Assembly: GCA_963825865.1 (NCBI GenBank)
Contig: CAWGVG010000027.1
Coordinates: forward strand, 1 to 64,000
DNA length: 64,000 nucleotides
DNA from: an uncultured Nitrososphaeraceae archaeon
GTDB lineage: Archaea; Thermoproteota; Nitrososphaeria; Nitrososphaerales; Nitrososphaeraceae
Direction of reading: 5' to 3'
In this document: in pieces, positions 11,267-21,456 of the stretch
How positions within the stretch are numbered: the stretch's first letter is position 1
Layout: each line of letters opens with the position of its first letter
The notes under the pieces: generated by a model
The model's input: the letters and a program-made list of their open reading frames with translations, nothing else
The model's database searches: none
Told to the model about the DNA's origin: nothing
Position numbers and translations under genes: made by a program

Positions 11267-12111
11267 ACAGCAAGGCCAGAAGGCCTGCAGCTGTAGCCGG
11301 TATGTTCTATCCACGCGATCCCTTGGAACTTAAACAATTAATTGAACAGTCATTTAGAGATCAACGTTTTGGACCGGGCAAAATGCCTCCATCTTACACT
11401 CAACGCAGAATTTATGGAATTGTTTCACCACATGCTGGATATGTCTACTCTGGTGCCGTTGCTGCAAATGGATTTTATGAAGTATCATCTATGAACTTTG
11501 ACAATGTAGTGATGATAGGTCCTAACCATTATGGAATTGGTAGCGTGGCAGCTACAATGCACAACGGAATCTGGGAAACGCCATTAGGCCAAGTCGAAAT
11601 CAACTCAGATTTAGCATTAGAAATCTCAAAAAATTCTGGTATAATTGATTTTGACGATTTTGCCCATAGTAGAGATCATTGTCTAGAAGTTCAGATTCCT
11701 TTTCTTCAATATGTCAAGGAAAATATATTCAAAATTATACCAATTGTGCTAATAATGCAAGATAAGGAGACTGCAATAGATATAGGCAAATCTATAGCCC
11801 AATCTGCATTAAATACGAATACATTACTTATTGCATCCTCAGATTTTACCCACTATGAATCAAATAGCGATGCATACAGAAAAGATAGTGAATTGATAAA
11901 AGCAATCTTGTCTTTAGATATTTCAAAGTTTTACGCAGTTCAACAGAGACTTGTCGTATCTGCATGTGGTTATGGGGCAATTGCTTCAATAATGAAAGCA
12001 GTAAAAGAGTTAGGAGCAACCAAAGGCGAGCTACTAAAATATGCTACAAGCGGCGATGTTACAGGAGACATGGCTGCTGTTGTTGGATACTCCTCAATAA
12101 TATTTGTATGA
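11263..12111 (+). CDS. MEMO1 family protein (AmmeMemoRadiSam protein B)
   Basis: RRPAAVAGMFYP, PHAGYVYSG, GPNH, HCLEVQIPFLQ, ASSDFTHY and CGYG. Confidence 0.93.
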   Translation: MNSKARRPAAVAGMFYPRDPLELKQLIEQSFRDQRFGPGKMPPSYTQRRIYGIVSPHAGYVYSGAVAANGFYEVSSMNFDNVVMIGPNHYGIGSVAATMHNGIWETPLGQVEINSDLALEISKNSGIIDFDDFAHSRDHCLEVQIPFLQYVKENIFKIIPIVLIMQDKETAIDIGKSIAQSALNTNTLLIASSDFTHYESNSDAYRKDSELIKAILSLDISKFYAVQQRLVVSACGYGAIASIMKAVKELGATKGELLKYATSGDVTGDMAAVVGYSSIIFV

Positions 12112-13091
12112 TTTTGAGGAAAACTTCAGCTAAGGCATCTGCACCTGCAAAAATTATTTTGTTTGGTGAACATTTTGTTGTATATGACAATCCTGCGATT
12201 CTAGCATCTATTAATAGACGTGTAAATGTCAGAGTAAATTTGAATAAAACTCAAAAGATCAATATTACATCCGACTTGGGAATTATGGCGTCGTATACAG
12301 ATTCAAAATTTAACTTAATAAGAGGTGGAAGGAACACGAAAACAATTCTCGATCCAGTCTACAAATGTGCAAGGGACGTACTTTTAGAGAAGAAGCAAAA
12401 TTTGGGGATAGACATAAATTTGATTTCTGAAGTTCCATATGGGATTGGACTAGGATCTTCTGGAGCATGCTGTGTGGCAACAGTAGCTGCAGTAGATTCA
12501 TTATTTCACAAACCTGAAAAACAATGGATATGTACAAAAGCAATTGAGTCAGAACGCTTAGTCCATAAGAATTCTTCTGGAGCAGACTGTCATGTTTCCA
12601 CATTTGGAGGTTTAATGTCTTATATAAAAAAGAAAGGATTTAATAAAATTGAATCAAGGAAAGATTTGTCTTTGATTGTTGTGAATATAGGGATCAAGCA
12701 TTCTACTGGATCTTTAGTTTCCTCAGTCAAGAAATTCAAGGACGAGAATGTATTATTGTTTAAAGATTTATCCTCTTATGCAGATGATATTTGTCAAAAA
12801 GCTGTTTCTGCAATCAATGTAGGCGATGAGGAAAAACTTGGCAAATTAATGAATGAAAACCATGCATTGTTACAGCAGCTCGGAATCTCGCATAGAAAAA
12901 TTGACCAGATGGTAAATATTTGTGTTGGGAATGGTGCGTTAGGAGCAAAACTTACTGGTGCGGGCGGAGGCGGAAGCATGATTGCACTTATTCCAACTGA
13001 AAATAAGCTAAAGATAATTTCTGAGATCAAAAAGAATAGATATGAATGTATACCTGTGAAAATCGATTACGATGGGTTATTGGTACACTAA
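12108..13091 (+). CDS. mvk: Mevalonate kinase
   Basis: APAKIILFGEHFVVY, PYGIGLGSSGA, SGAD and KLTGAGGGG. ATG at 12108 overlaps the MEMO1 stop. Confidence 0.93.
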   Translation: MILRKTSAKASAPAKIILFGEHFVVYDNPAILASINRRVNVRVNLNKTQKINITSDLGIMASYTDSKFNLIRGGRNTKTILDPVYKCARDVLLEKKQNLGIDINLISEVPYGIGLGSSGACCVATVAAVDSLFHKPEKQWICTKAIESERLVHKNSSGADCHVSTFGGLMSYIKKKGFNKIESRKDLSLIVVNIGIKHSTGSLVSSVKKFKDENVLLFKDLSSYADDICQKAVSAINVGDEEKLGKLMNENHALLQQLGISHRKIDQMVNICVGNGALGAKLTGAGGGGSMIALIPTENKLKIISEIKKNRYECIPVKIDYDGLLVH

Positions 13092-13132
13092 ATAAACTTT
13101 AAATCCGCTTGAAAATTAGGGTTTTTTAGAAG

Positions 13133-13909
13133 ATGGAACATAAGATGACATTAATTAAGCTTGGCGGATCTGTAGTTACATTTAAAGAAAAACCACTTGC
13201 CGCTAATTTTGAAGCAATTAACAATATTTTACGTGCACTTACTCATCTAAAAATGCCGATTATAGTTGTTCATGGTGGTGGTTCATTTGGACATTACTGG
13301 TCTGTAAAATATAACATGCACACAAAACCAGCTAGTTATGATTTGCACGGCATATCAGTAGTACATGAATCGATGATAGCATTGAATCAGATTATAGTTA
13401 ACTGTATGGTTAAACTAGGAATGAATCCTTATGCAACCATGCCTTCAATTTTTACATTAGGTCATAAACCAATTGCTAAAAAAATTAAGGAACTTCAAAC
13501 CATCGCAGAAAGTGGCCTAATTCCAACAACATTTGGAGATGTTGTTCACATAGAAAATAGAAAGTATTCTATCCTTTCCGGAGATGCAATAATGTCAATC
13601 CTTGCCAAAGTTTTAAGACCATCAAAAGTCGTTTTTACGTTCAATGTCGATGGTATCTATAAAGACATGAAGAAGGGAGAGATTATCAAAGAAGTGAATA
13701 ATAATAATAAAAAATCGCTCGATTTTCCAAAAGTAGTGACAGATGTTACTGGCGGCATGCAAAGAAAGGTTACAGAAGCATTAAAGATATCTGGCACTGG
13801 GATAGATGTATTGATGGTAAATGGATTGAAGCCAGAACGAATCATAAGTGCTATAACCGGCTCAAGTTTTGAAGGTACAATAGTAAAAGGACGGAGGAAT
13901 AGGCAATAA
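13133..13909 (+). CDS. ipk: Isopentenyl phosphate kinase
   Basis: IKLGGSVVTFK, VHGGGSFGH, SGD and DVTGGM; sits between mvk and fni. Confidence 0.9.
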   Translation: MEHKMTLIKLGGSVVTFKEKPLAANFEAINNILRALTHLKMPIIVVHGGGSFGHYWSVKYNMHTKPASYDLHGISVVHESMIALNQIIVNCMVKLGMNPYATMPSIFTLGHKPIAKKIKELQTIAESGLIPTTFGDVVHIENRKYSILSGDAIMSILAKVLRPSKVVFTFNVDGIYKDMKKGEIIKEVNNNNKKSLDFPKVVTDVTGGMQRKVTEALKISGTGIDVLMVNGLKPERIISAITGSSFEGTIVKGRRNRQ

Positions 13910-13910
13910 C

Positions 13911-15002
13911 GTGACAGAGACACCTAATTTGCCATCAGAGATTGAAATCATAAAGCAACGTAAGAAAGACGGTATTGATATACCCTTGCAGAAAGATGTT
14001 CAGGCAAAGACAACATCAACGTATTTAGAATATATTCAGTTTGTTCATAATGCTTTACCAGAACTTAACTATGATGATATTGACATCTCAACGACTTTTC
14101 TAAATCACAAATTCTCTGCACCAATCATTATAGACTCTATGACAGGGGGTACTCCCGATGCAATGAAGATTAACGAGAGATTAGCTGAATTGGCAGAGAA
14201 GTATGGATTTGCTATGGGTTTGGGCAGTCAGAGGGCAGGTCTAAAAAGCGAAGAGCTGGCAGAGACATATTCTGTAGCAAGAAAAAATGCTCCCAATGCT
14301 TTTCTAATCGCAAACATTGGCGGAGCTCAACTTGCCAAAGGGTTTACAGTTGACAACACAAAAGAAATTGTAAAAATGATACAAGCCAATGCTCTTGTAA
14401 TCCATCTTAATCCTTTACAGGAACTTATCCAGCCAGAAGGAGAACCAAATTACAAAGGAGTTCTTGAGAAAATTTCGGAATTAGTGAAAATTCTGAATGT
14501 CCCTGTAATAGTAAAAGAAGTTGGCGCGGGAATTTCTAAAGAAGTGGCTATCAACTTAGAGATGGCTGGTGTTTCTGCAATCAATGTATCAGGAGCTGGC
14601 GGAACTAGCTGGGCAGGAGTTGAAAAGTTACGAGCAGAGACAGCAAAGGTTGATCTTAAAATTCATCTAGGTGAAATATTTTGGGATTGGGGAATCCCAA
14701 CTGCAGCAAGTCTGATCGAGGTAAGAAAAGCAGTAAAAGTGCCTATTGTTGCTTCTGGAGGTTTGCGTAACGGATTAGAAATTGCAAAATGTATTGCAGT
14801 GGGTGCAAACATGTGTGCGATGGCCTATCCATTTTTGCGAAAGGCTGCAGAATCTAAAGAAGGTCTGTTTAAATTTGCAGATATTGTTATTGCTGAACTT
14901 AAAAGTACAATGTTTCTTGTAGGTGCAGAAAATATCACATCCTTGAAGAGCTCAAGGTATATATTGACAGGAGCTTTAGCAGATAAGGTTAACAGTCGAT
15001 GA
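13911..15002 (+). CDS. fni: Type 2 isopentenyl-diphosphate delta-isomerase
   Basis: SMTGG, GSQRA, HLNPLQELIQPEG, KEVGAG, GGTSW and WGIPTA. Confidence 0.95.
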   Translation: MTETPNLPSEIEIIKQRKKDGIDIPLQKDVQAKTTSTYLEYIQFVHNALPELNYDDIDISTTFLNHKFSAPIIIDSMTGGTPDAMKINERLAELAEKYGFAMGLGSQRAGLKSEELAETYSVARKNAPNAFLIANIGGAQLAKGFTVDNTKEIVKMIQANALVIHLNPLQELIQPEGEPNYKGVLEKISELVKILNVPVIVKEVGAGISKEVAINLEMAGVSAINVSGAGGTSWAGVEKLRAETAKVDLKIHLGEIFWDWGIPTAASLIEVRKAVKVPIVASGGLRNGLEIAKCIAVGANMCAMAYPFLRKAAESKEGLFKFADIVIAELKSTMFLVGAENITSLKSSRYILTGALADKVNSR

Positions 15003-16006
15003 AGACAAGTAGTATTAGAGATGAACTTGAGTCTAATGCTTCTAATGTAAAGGAATTTATTCTCTCATTTTTAGAAGGAGAACCAAAAGAACTCTATCAG
15101 GCATCAGCGCATTATATAAAAAGTGGTGGTAAACGATTACGACCCTTCATGGTAACTAAATCATGCGAAATGTTTGGTGGTAATTCAAAAATGGCAATGC
15201 CTGCAGCTGCAGCGGTAGAGATGATTCACAATTTCTCTCTAGTACATGATGATATAATGGATAATGATGATATGCGTCATAATGTTCCAACTGTTCACAA
15301 GTATTATGGGATACCCTTAGCCATACTTGCAGGAGATATTTTATTTTCAAAGGCATTCCAACTATTGGCTGTGACTGGCAGAAAAATAGGCCTGACAGAA
15401 AAAGTAAGCTCTGAAATGATTGCCAGACTTTCAACTGCATGCGTATACGTATGCGAAGGCCAGGCTAGTGATGTTGATATGTCATCAAACAGAAGGTTTT
15501 CTGCTGAATCTCAATACATTAACATGATCGGCAAAAAAACAGCCGCGCTCTTTGAAGTTTCTTGTGCTTTGGGTGCATTATCTGCGATGGATACAACTAG
15601 CGAAGACGTTGAAAATCTTGCATCCTTTGGAAGGAATGTTGGTATTGCATTCCAATTAGTTGATGATTTGATAGGCATAGCAGGGGATCCAAAGATTACT
15701 GGCAAGGCTGTAGGCAATGACATTAGAGAAGGCAAAAAGACATATCCGATTCTTATTGCACTAAAAACTGCAAAGGGTGAGGAGAAGAATAAGATTCTAA
15801 AAGCATTTAGCTCAAAGAACGTTTCAGGTATTGATTTGAAGGAAGCAATCAAAACTATTTCTGTCATCGGAATAGATCAACATGTAAGAAATGCTGCCAA
15901 AACACATATAGATAGAGCCATAAAATCAATTGAAGATTACGAAGATTCAGATGCCAAGAAAGCCTTAGAATCTTCTGCCAATTTTATAATAGAAAGGAGC
16001 TTATAA
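14999..16006 (+). CDS. idsA: Geranylgeranyl diphosphate synthase
   Basis: GGKRLRP, VHDDIMDNDDMR, GQ..D, KKTA, FQLVDD and DIREGKKT. Confidence 0.93.
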   Translation: MKTSSIRDELESNASNVKEFILSFLEGEPKELYQASAHYIKSGGKRLRPFMVTKSCEMFGGNSKMAMPAAAAVEMIHNFSLVHDDIMDNDDMRHNVPTVHKYYGIPLAILAGDILFSKAFQLLAVTGRKIGLTEKVSSEMIARLSTACVYVCEGQASDVDMSSNRRFSAESQYINMIGKKTAALFEVSCALGALSAMDTTSEDVENLASFGRNVGIAFQLVDDLIGIAGDPKITGKAVGNDIREGKKTYPILIALKTAKGEEKNKILKAFSSKNVSGIDLKEAIKTISVIGIDQHVRNAAKTHIDRAIKSIEDYEDSDAKKALESSANFIIERSL

Positions 16007-16009
16007 CAA

Positions 16010-17743
16010 GTGACTGTTGATGAAGATACTGAAAACATTATCAAAGCTATTGTATTAAAAAACGCCATTGAATATGGAGGAAAATCGAGGACTGACACTG
16101 TTATTGCAAAGACCATGGCATTGAGACCGGATCTTCGAAATAATTTGAAGAACCTGATTCCTGAAATCACTGCACTAGTACAGAAAATCAACGCGATATC
16201 CTTATCAGACCAAAAGGTGTTGTTTGAACAGATCATACCTGGAGAATCTCAACAAAGGAAACCAACTGAAAGCTCTCAGGCACATCTGCCACCATTAGAA
16301 GGCGCAAAGATGGGAAATGTGATTACAAGATTCCCCCCAGAGCCAAGTGGCTATCCTCACATCGGACATGCCAAGGCAGCAATTATTGATGAAGAATATG
16401 CACACATGTATAACGGAAAATTAATTTTACGTTTTGACGATACAAATCCATTAAATGAAAAACTGGAATACTATGATGCAATTAGTGAAGGCATAGAATG
16501 GCTAGGCATAAAACCAGATATCGTAAAAAATAGTTCTGACGATATTCAATTATTATATGAATATGGTAAAAGATTGATTGCGGTTGATGGAGCATACGTA
16601 TGCACTTGTACTCAGAAAACAATACATGATCTCAGAGCGAAAGGACTTCCCTGTGAATGTCGAAAGGAGCCAGGTGTTGCTCTAGATCGATTAGAAAAAA
16701 TGTTTGACGGATCTTTTGATCAAAATGATGCAATTATCAGATTCAAAGGAGATATGTCTGACCAAAATACTACCATGAGAGATCCTACACTTTTTAGAAT
16801 AATAGAAGGCGAGCATCCAAAATTAGGTAATAAAATTCGAGTATGGCCAACATATGATTTTGCAGCACCCATCGAAGATAGCCTTGATGGGGTAACACAC
16901 GCAATGCGAACAAAGGAATATGAACTGAGAAATAAGTTGTATTTTGCAATACTAGACAGGCTTGGACTTAGAAAGCCTTTTATGATAGAATTTTCAAGGT
17001 TAGAGTTTAATGGGACCCCTATTTCCAAACGAAAAATAAAACCATTGATAGAAAAAGGCATTGTGAAAGGTTGGAGTGACCCCCGTCTTCCAACGTTGAT
17101 GGCAATCAAAAGAAGAGGTTTCTCGCCTGAAGCAATAAGGAAGTTTGTTCTTTCATTAGGTTTGACACTTGCTGAAACAAAAGCACCTTTTGAAGCTCTT
17201 GAAGCATTCAACAGGAAAATTATTGATCCTCAATGTATGAGATTATTCTTTGTTAAAGATCCTGTAGAATTGAAGATTCAAAATGCTTCTTCAAAAGAGG
17301 CAATACTAAAGAACCACCCTAGCATAGATCTTGGAATCAGAAAAGTTCAGGTTTCAAACTCCGTTTATATCGCTGGAGAGGATGCGGCTAAACTTGATAT
17401 TGGTGATGAGATCAGACTAATAGAATTATATAATGTAAAGCTAATCAACATTAAATCTGAAAATCAAAAACAAGTATTGATTACTAGATCTACAGGAGAT
17501 GAGGTAAAACAAAGTATGCCAAAGATTCAATGGGTTGCAAAGAATGATATAGTTCCTTACAAAGTTGTGATAGCTAGAGAACTATACATAGACGAAAGGT
17601 ATAACACAAATAGTCTCCTGATCTGTGAAGGATTTGCTGAGTCATTTACCTCAACTCTTAAGCCAGATGCCAGAATTCAATTTGTAAGATTTGGATTCTG
17701 CAGAGTTGATGGCAATAACGTCGCGATATTTACTCATAGGTAG
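16010..17743 (+). CDS. gltX: Glutamate--tRNA ligase (archaeal type)
   Basis: TRFPPEPSGYPHIGH, RFDDTNP, ISKRK and QFVRFGFCRVD. Confidence 0.96.
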   Translation: MTVDEDTENIIKAIVLKNAIEYGGKSRTDTVIAKTMALRPDLRNNLKNLIPEITALVQKINAISLSDQKVLFEQIIPGESQQRKPTESSQAHLPPLEGAKMGNVITRFPPEPSGYPHIGHAKAAIIDEEYAHMYNGKLILRFDDTNPLNEKLEYYDAISEGIEWLGIKPDIVKNSSDDIQLLYEYGKRLIAVDGAYVCTCTQKTIHDLRAKGLPCECRKEPGVALDRLEKMFDGSFDQNDAIIRFKGDMSDQNTTMRDPTLFRIIEGEHPKLGNKIRVWPTYDFAAPIEDSLDGVTHAMRTKEYELRNKLYFAILDRLGLRKPFMIEFSRLEFNGTPISKRKIKPLIEKGIVKGWSDPRLPTLMAIKRRGFSPEAIRKFVLSLGLTLAETKAPFEALEAFNRKIIDPQCMRLFFVKDPVELKIQNASSKEAILKNHPSIDLGIRKVQVSNSVYIAGEDAAKLDIGDEIRLIELYNVKLINIKSENQKQVLITRSTGDEVKQSMPKIQWVAKNDIVPYKVVIARELYIDERYNTNSLLICEGFAESFTSTLKPDARIQFVRFGFCRVDGNNVAIFTHR

Positions 17744-17752
17744 ATACAAACA

Positions 17753-18622
17753 ATGAAGATTGCAAGAATAAAGGATACAAAGATAGGCTACACATATGCC
17801 ATTGTTTCTGATGATAGAAAGAAACTAATCACTAAATCAGAAATTCAGGAACAAACAGGAATTCCTATTCCTCAAAGCATTAAAGAATTTATGTTCAAAG
17901 GTTGGCTAAATGAAATAAAGCGGCATCAAATAAGCCTAATGTATAATCATAGAATCGAAGATATTGAACTTTTGGCTCCTCTCCCAAATCCACCTAAGAT
18001 AATTTGTCTAGCATTCAATTATTATGATCATGCTAGAGATGCAGGTTTAACGCCTTCTGATGAGCCTGTTATATTTATGAAACCAAGAACGACACTGAAT
18101 TCTCCTTTTAATGATATAATCTGTCCTTCATTTGTAAAACGTTTAGACTATGAAGCAGAGATTGCAGTAATAATAGGAGAGGATACAAAAAAAGTATCCG
18201 AAAGTCAAGCACTTGAATCTGTTTTTGGATATATGATTTTACATGATGTATCTTCAAGAGACATTCAGTTCAAAGATAAACAATATACTCGTGCAAAGAG
18301 TATTGATACTTTTGCTCCATGTGGTCCTTGGATTACAACTAAAGATGAGGTAACTGATCCTCAAAACTTGAAAATTATCACTAAAGTGAATGGGGAGACG
18401 CGGCAGAATTCATCCAGTATGAACATGGTAATTTCCATAAGGAAGATAATTTCAAGTTTGAGCAATATAATGACTATAGAAGCCGGCGATATTATTTCTA
18501 CAGGTACTCCTGCAGGTGTTGCAATGTCAATGAAGGAACCCCGGTATTTGAAAGATGGTGATATAGTCGAGATCGATATTGAGAAGCTTGGCATGATAAG
18601 GAACCGTGTTGTATTTCAATAA
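17753..18622 (+). CDS. Fumarylacetoacetate hydrolase family protein
   Basis: KIICLAFNYYDH, DYEAE, HDVSSRD, KSIDTFAPCGP and GDIISTGTPAGV. Confidence 0.92.
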   Translation: MKIARIKDTKIGYTYAIVSDDRKKLITKSEIQEQTGIPIPQSIKEFMFKGWLNEIKRHQISLMYNHRIEDIELLAPLPNPPKIICLAFNYYDHARDAGLTPSDEPVIFMKPRTTLNSPFNDIICPSFVKRLDYEAEIAVIIGEDTKKVSESQALESVFGYMILHDVSSRDIQFKDKQYTRAKSIDTFAPCGPWITTKDEVTDPQNLKIITKVNGETRQNSSSMNMVISIRKIISSLSNIMTIEAGDIISTGTPAGVAMSMKEPRYLKDGDIVEIDIEKLGMIRNRVVFQ

Positions 18623-18933
18623 CAATAGTTTATTATTATGACTAGAAGAATAAAGTAGTAAATAGTTTGACATATCACTGAAACAGATACATAGCGCAAG
18701 TCATTCTTGTAGAATGACTGAAAATTGGCTAACACGACCGGTTGTTAAAAGAAATCGAAGAATTTGCCTGTTAATGCTTAAATACGAGTTTTTCTGAACG
18801 ATTCCTGCTATTAGCGATATTATCCACATTAAAGAATTAAGCGTTATATTTGAAAATCTGTGGGTTTGATACACTTGTTAATTAACCATAGTTTATCTAT
18901 GCGTAATGGGTGGGTTTGAAATTAGACGGTTTG

Positions 18934-19239
18934 CTAAAGATTATGTTGTTTATCTTTTGTTTGAAGTCTATTTAACTTAATAACTTCTCTTTCTAATAAC
19001 CTTGCATAATATTCGTATGATTTAACTAGTTTGCCTCTAATATTCGCGATCTGCATTGATGCATTTAGAGCTTCAAGACATGTTTCAAGGGATCTTTCAG
19101 TTGCAAAGTTGTTCATTGCTTTGTTGAAAATATCCATTACCTTTTTCTGTTCTGAACTATGTTCATTTATTGCTTGTGTAAGTTGATCTATTTCCTCAGA
19201 ATTACTAGGAGAACCCTTAATTCTGAACCACTCTGACAT
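18934..19239 (-). CDS. Hypothetical helical protein
   Basis: 101-aa ORF with coiled-coil-like composition. Confidence 0.6.
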   Translation of the reverse strand: MSEWFRIKGSPSNSEEIDQLTQAINEHSSEQKKVMDIFNKAMNNFATERSLETCLEALNASMQIANIRGKLVKSYEYYARLLEREVIKLNRLQTKDKQHNL

Positions 19240-20206
19240 TAATCTATAAGCACTTTATTCCCAAATTATATGTTATTAATAGCATTTCTTTATATAATCA
19301 ATCAGCCACTTGACATCGTAAAAGATTATCATCAGTATCTGCATCCAGAAATGGCGGTATCTAATGCTACTGTAACTGACGTTTTATTTGGTAAAAAAAT
19401 CTACCTTATAAGAGTGAATAGAGCTGCATAATACTAATTGTTTAAAAATCCTTCATATGGAAATAATACACAAACAGTCGTTAATTGTTAATTTATGCGG
19501 ACAAAAGACAATGTCATGAGGTAATTGATGGCACACTACATTTTGAATTAAAAAAGTCTGATTGCTTTAAATTTAGTATATAGGAAGCTTGGAATATTGG
19601 AGACAAGCCAGTAGACAAAAGAATATCAAGATGAACTTGAATATCAAAGAAATAACCCGCCAGTAATTTCAAACCCCAACTATTTTTCAATAGCTTAACT
19701 ATCTAAAAATTATATCATTACTGATGAGTAGATCAATAATAATATTTATCTATGTATTAACTTAACAATATAACAGGCGACTGACTACCACATCCTTATT
19801 ATAAATTATGATACATTCCAAATTGGAAAACAATCATGGAGAGGGACTTTTATTAACTAAAAGCGTTATAATGTGACTTTGGGATGTGTGTACGATGTAT
19901 TATATCTCGTATCGGTAAGACTGAGGCTGACTATCATCAAATGATCCATGGAAATGATATTCAAGGGCCGAGTTATTCGTAATTGCAAAATTTTCTTTCT
20001 TCTAACTTATGTATGGCAAAGCCATTGGTTTAAAAAATCAGCTAGTTGTTGACTTTCTTAGAGTCGACTATTCTCTATTTCCTACGTAAGATGGTAGTAT
20101 TTTATTCTGTATGCTCAAAATAAAATTTGCTTGTTATACATTATTATTTATTATAATAAGGAATTAACAATATATTTATTTAGTATAAATTGAATCTGAG
20201 AATTGT

Positions 20207-21050
20207 ATGGTAGTTGACAATAAAGGAACAATTTCCTATATTCGCGTACTTAAGGAAGACCTTTCTATCTTACGTATAACACCCACTGATAGTCCTGTCC
20301 CAGACTTCAGAGCAGGTCAGTTTGTTACCTTAGGCCTTCATATACCAAATGAAGGAAAAATTATACGTAGAGCTTATTCTATTGCATCTCATCCGGAGCA
20401 AAAAAAATTCTTTGAATTAGTTATAAGATGGGTAAGAAAGCCAGTTCCAGGCCGTTTAACCACTGAATTATTCAATAAAAAAGAAGGAGATGAGATTGTA
20501 TGGGTAAAACCAACAGGAATCTTTACTATTAACGAAAAGATGCACGATGGCTCTCCTGATAATAGAAGAATGGTTCTTATAGGAGGCGGCACTGGTTTAG
20601 CACCTTTTATATGCGTACTCTTTACATATGAAAGCAATTGGAAGTAAACGTGAGATAGTCGTATTACATGGCGCAAGTTACGTTGACGAATTAAGCTATC
20701 GTGAAATATTAACTGAATTAGAAGAAGAAAGCCTCGATAAAGGCAAAGACAAATGGAACTTTCGTTACAGAGCAAGCATTAGTAGGCCCCAGGAATGGTT
20801 TAACAGATCGTGGGGTGGTCAAAAAGGCCGAGTAGAAACATTCTTGAGACCAAAGGCGGGAACGGATAGATCACCGCTTGAGGAATTAGTTGGTGAAAAG
20901 ATAACTACAGAAAATACCTCATTTTATGTATGTGGATGGCAAGGGACTGTCGATGGCTCTCTCGATTACTTGGTTCCAAAAGGTTTTGTTACTGAACGTA
21001 ATAAGAGAAAAGATGGCAGTTACGAGGTCAAATTCGAGTCATACGGATAA
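20207..21050 (+). CDS. fpr: Ferredoxin--NADP(+) reductase (+1 indel near 20613)
   Basis: FRAGQF, RRAYSIAS, GGGTGLAPF, YVCG and terminal ESYG, split over two ORFs. Confidence 0.9.
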
Positions 21051-21106
21051 ATTATACCCATTTTTAGTTTTAAAGCCTTATATCATGGAAACATAAGAAT
21101 TAGCAT

Positions 21107-21451
21107 ATGAAATTTGAATTTGAAGAATTCTCAACTGTAGAAGATGTTTTCCTTTATCTCATATCGATTGCACCAGTTATGAAACAGGTTTTGCCTGTTA
21201 GCTCGTATAAAGGCTATGTATTTTCGATAATACCATTAACTCCACTATCCGGAGATGTGTTGATGATGGTCTATACAAAAGCTAACATCAAATCAGGAAT
21301 GATAGAGTATGATATTTCTACAAAGAAATACCGGCCAGTAGCTGCGGTTGAGCGACCAGATAAGAATTATTTTATTGTCTTAACACCTAAAAGTACAACT
21401 ATAGCAGATAGCGCAATCGCATCTTTGGAATCCAAAGAGTTAGGAAAATGA
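21107..21451 (+). CDS. Conserved hypothetical protein
   Basis: 114-aa ORF directly downstream of fpr. Confidence 0.65.
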   Translation: MKFEFEEFSTVEDVFLYLISIAPVMKQVLPVSSYKGYVFSIIPLTPLSGDVLMMVYTKANIKSGMIEYDISTKKYRPVAAVERPDKNYFIVLTPKSTTIADSAIASLESKELGK

Positions 21452-21456
21452 AGAGA

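Noticed and set aside
19240-20200. About 1-kb ORF-free spacer as a hidden ncRNA or array
   Set aside because: AT-rich with no repeats or strong stems noticed; it looks like decayed coding DNA.
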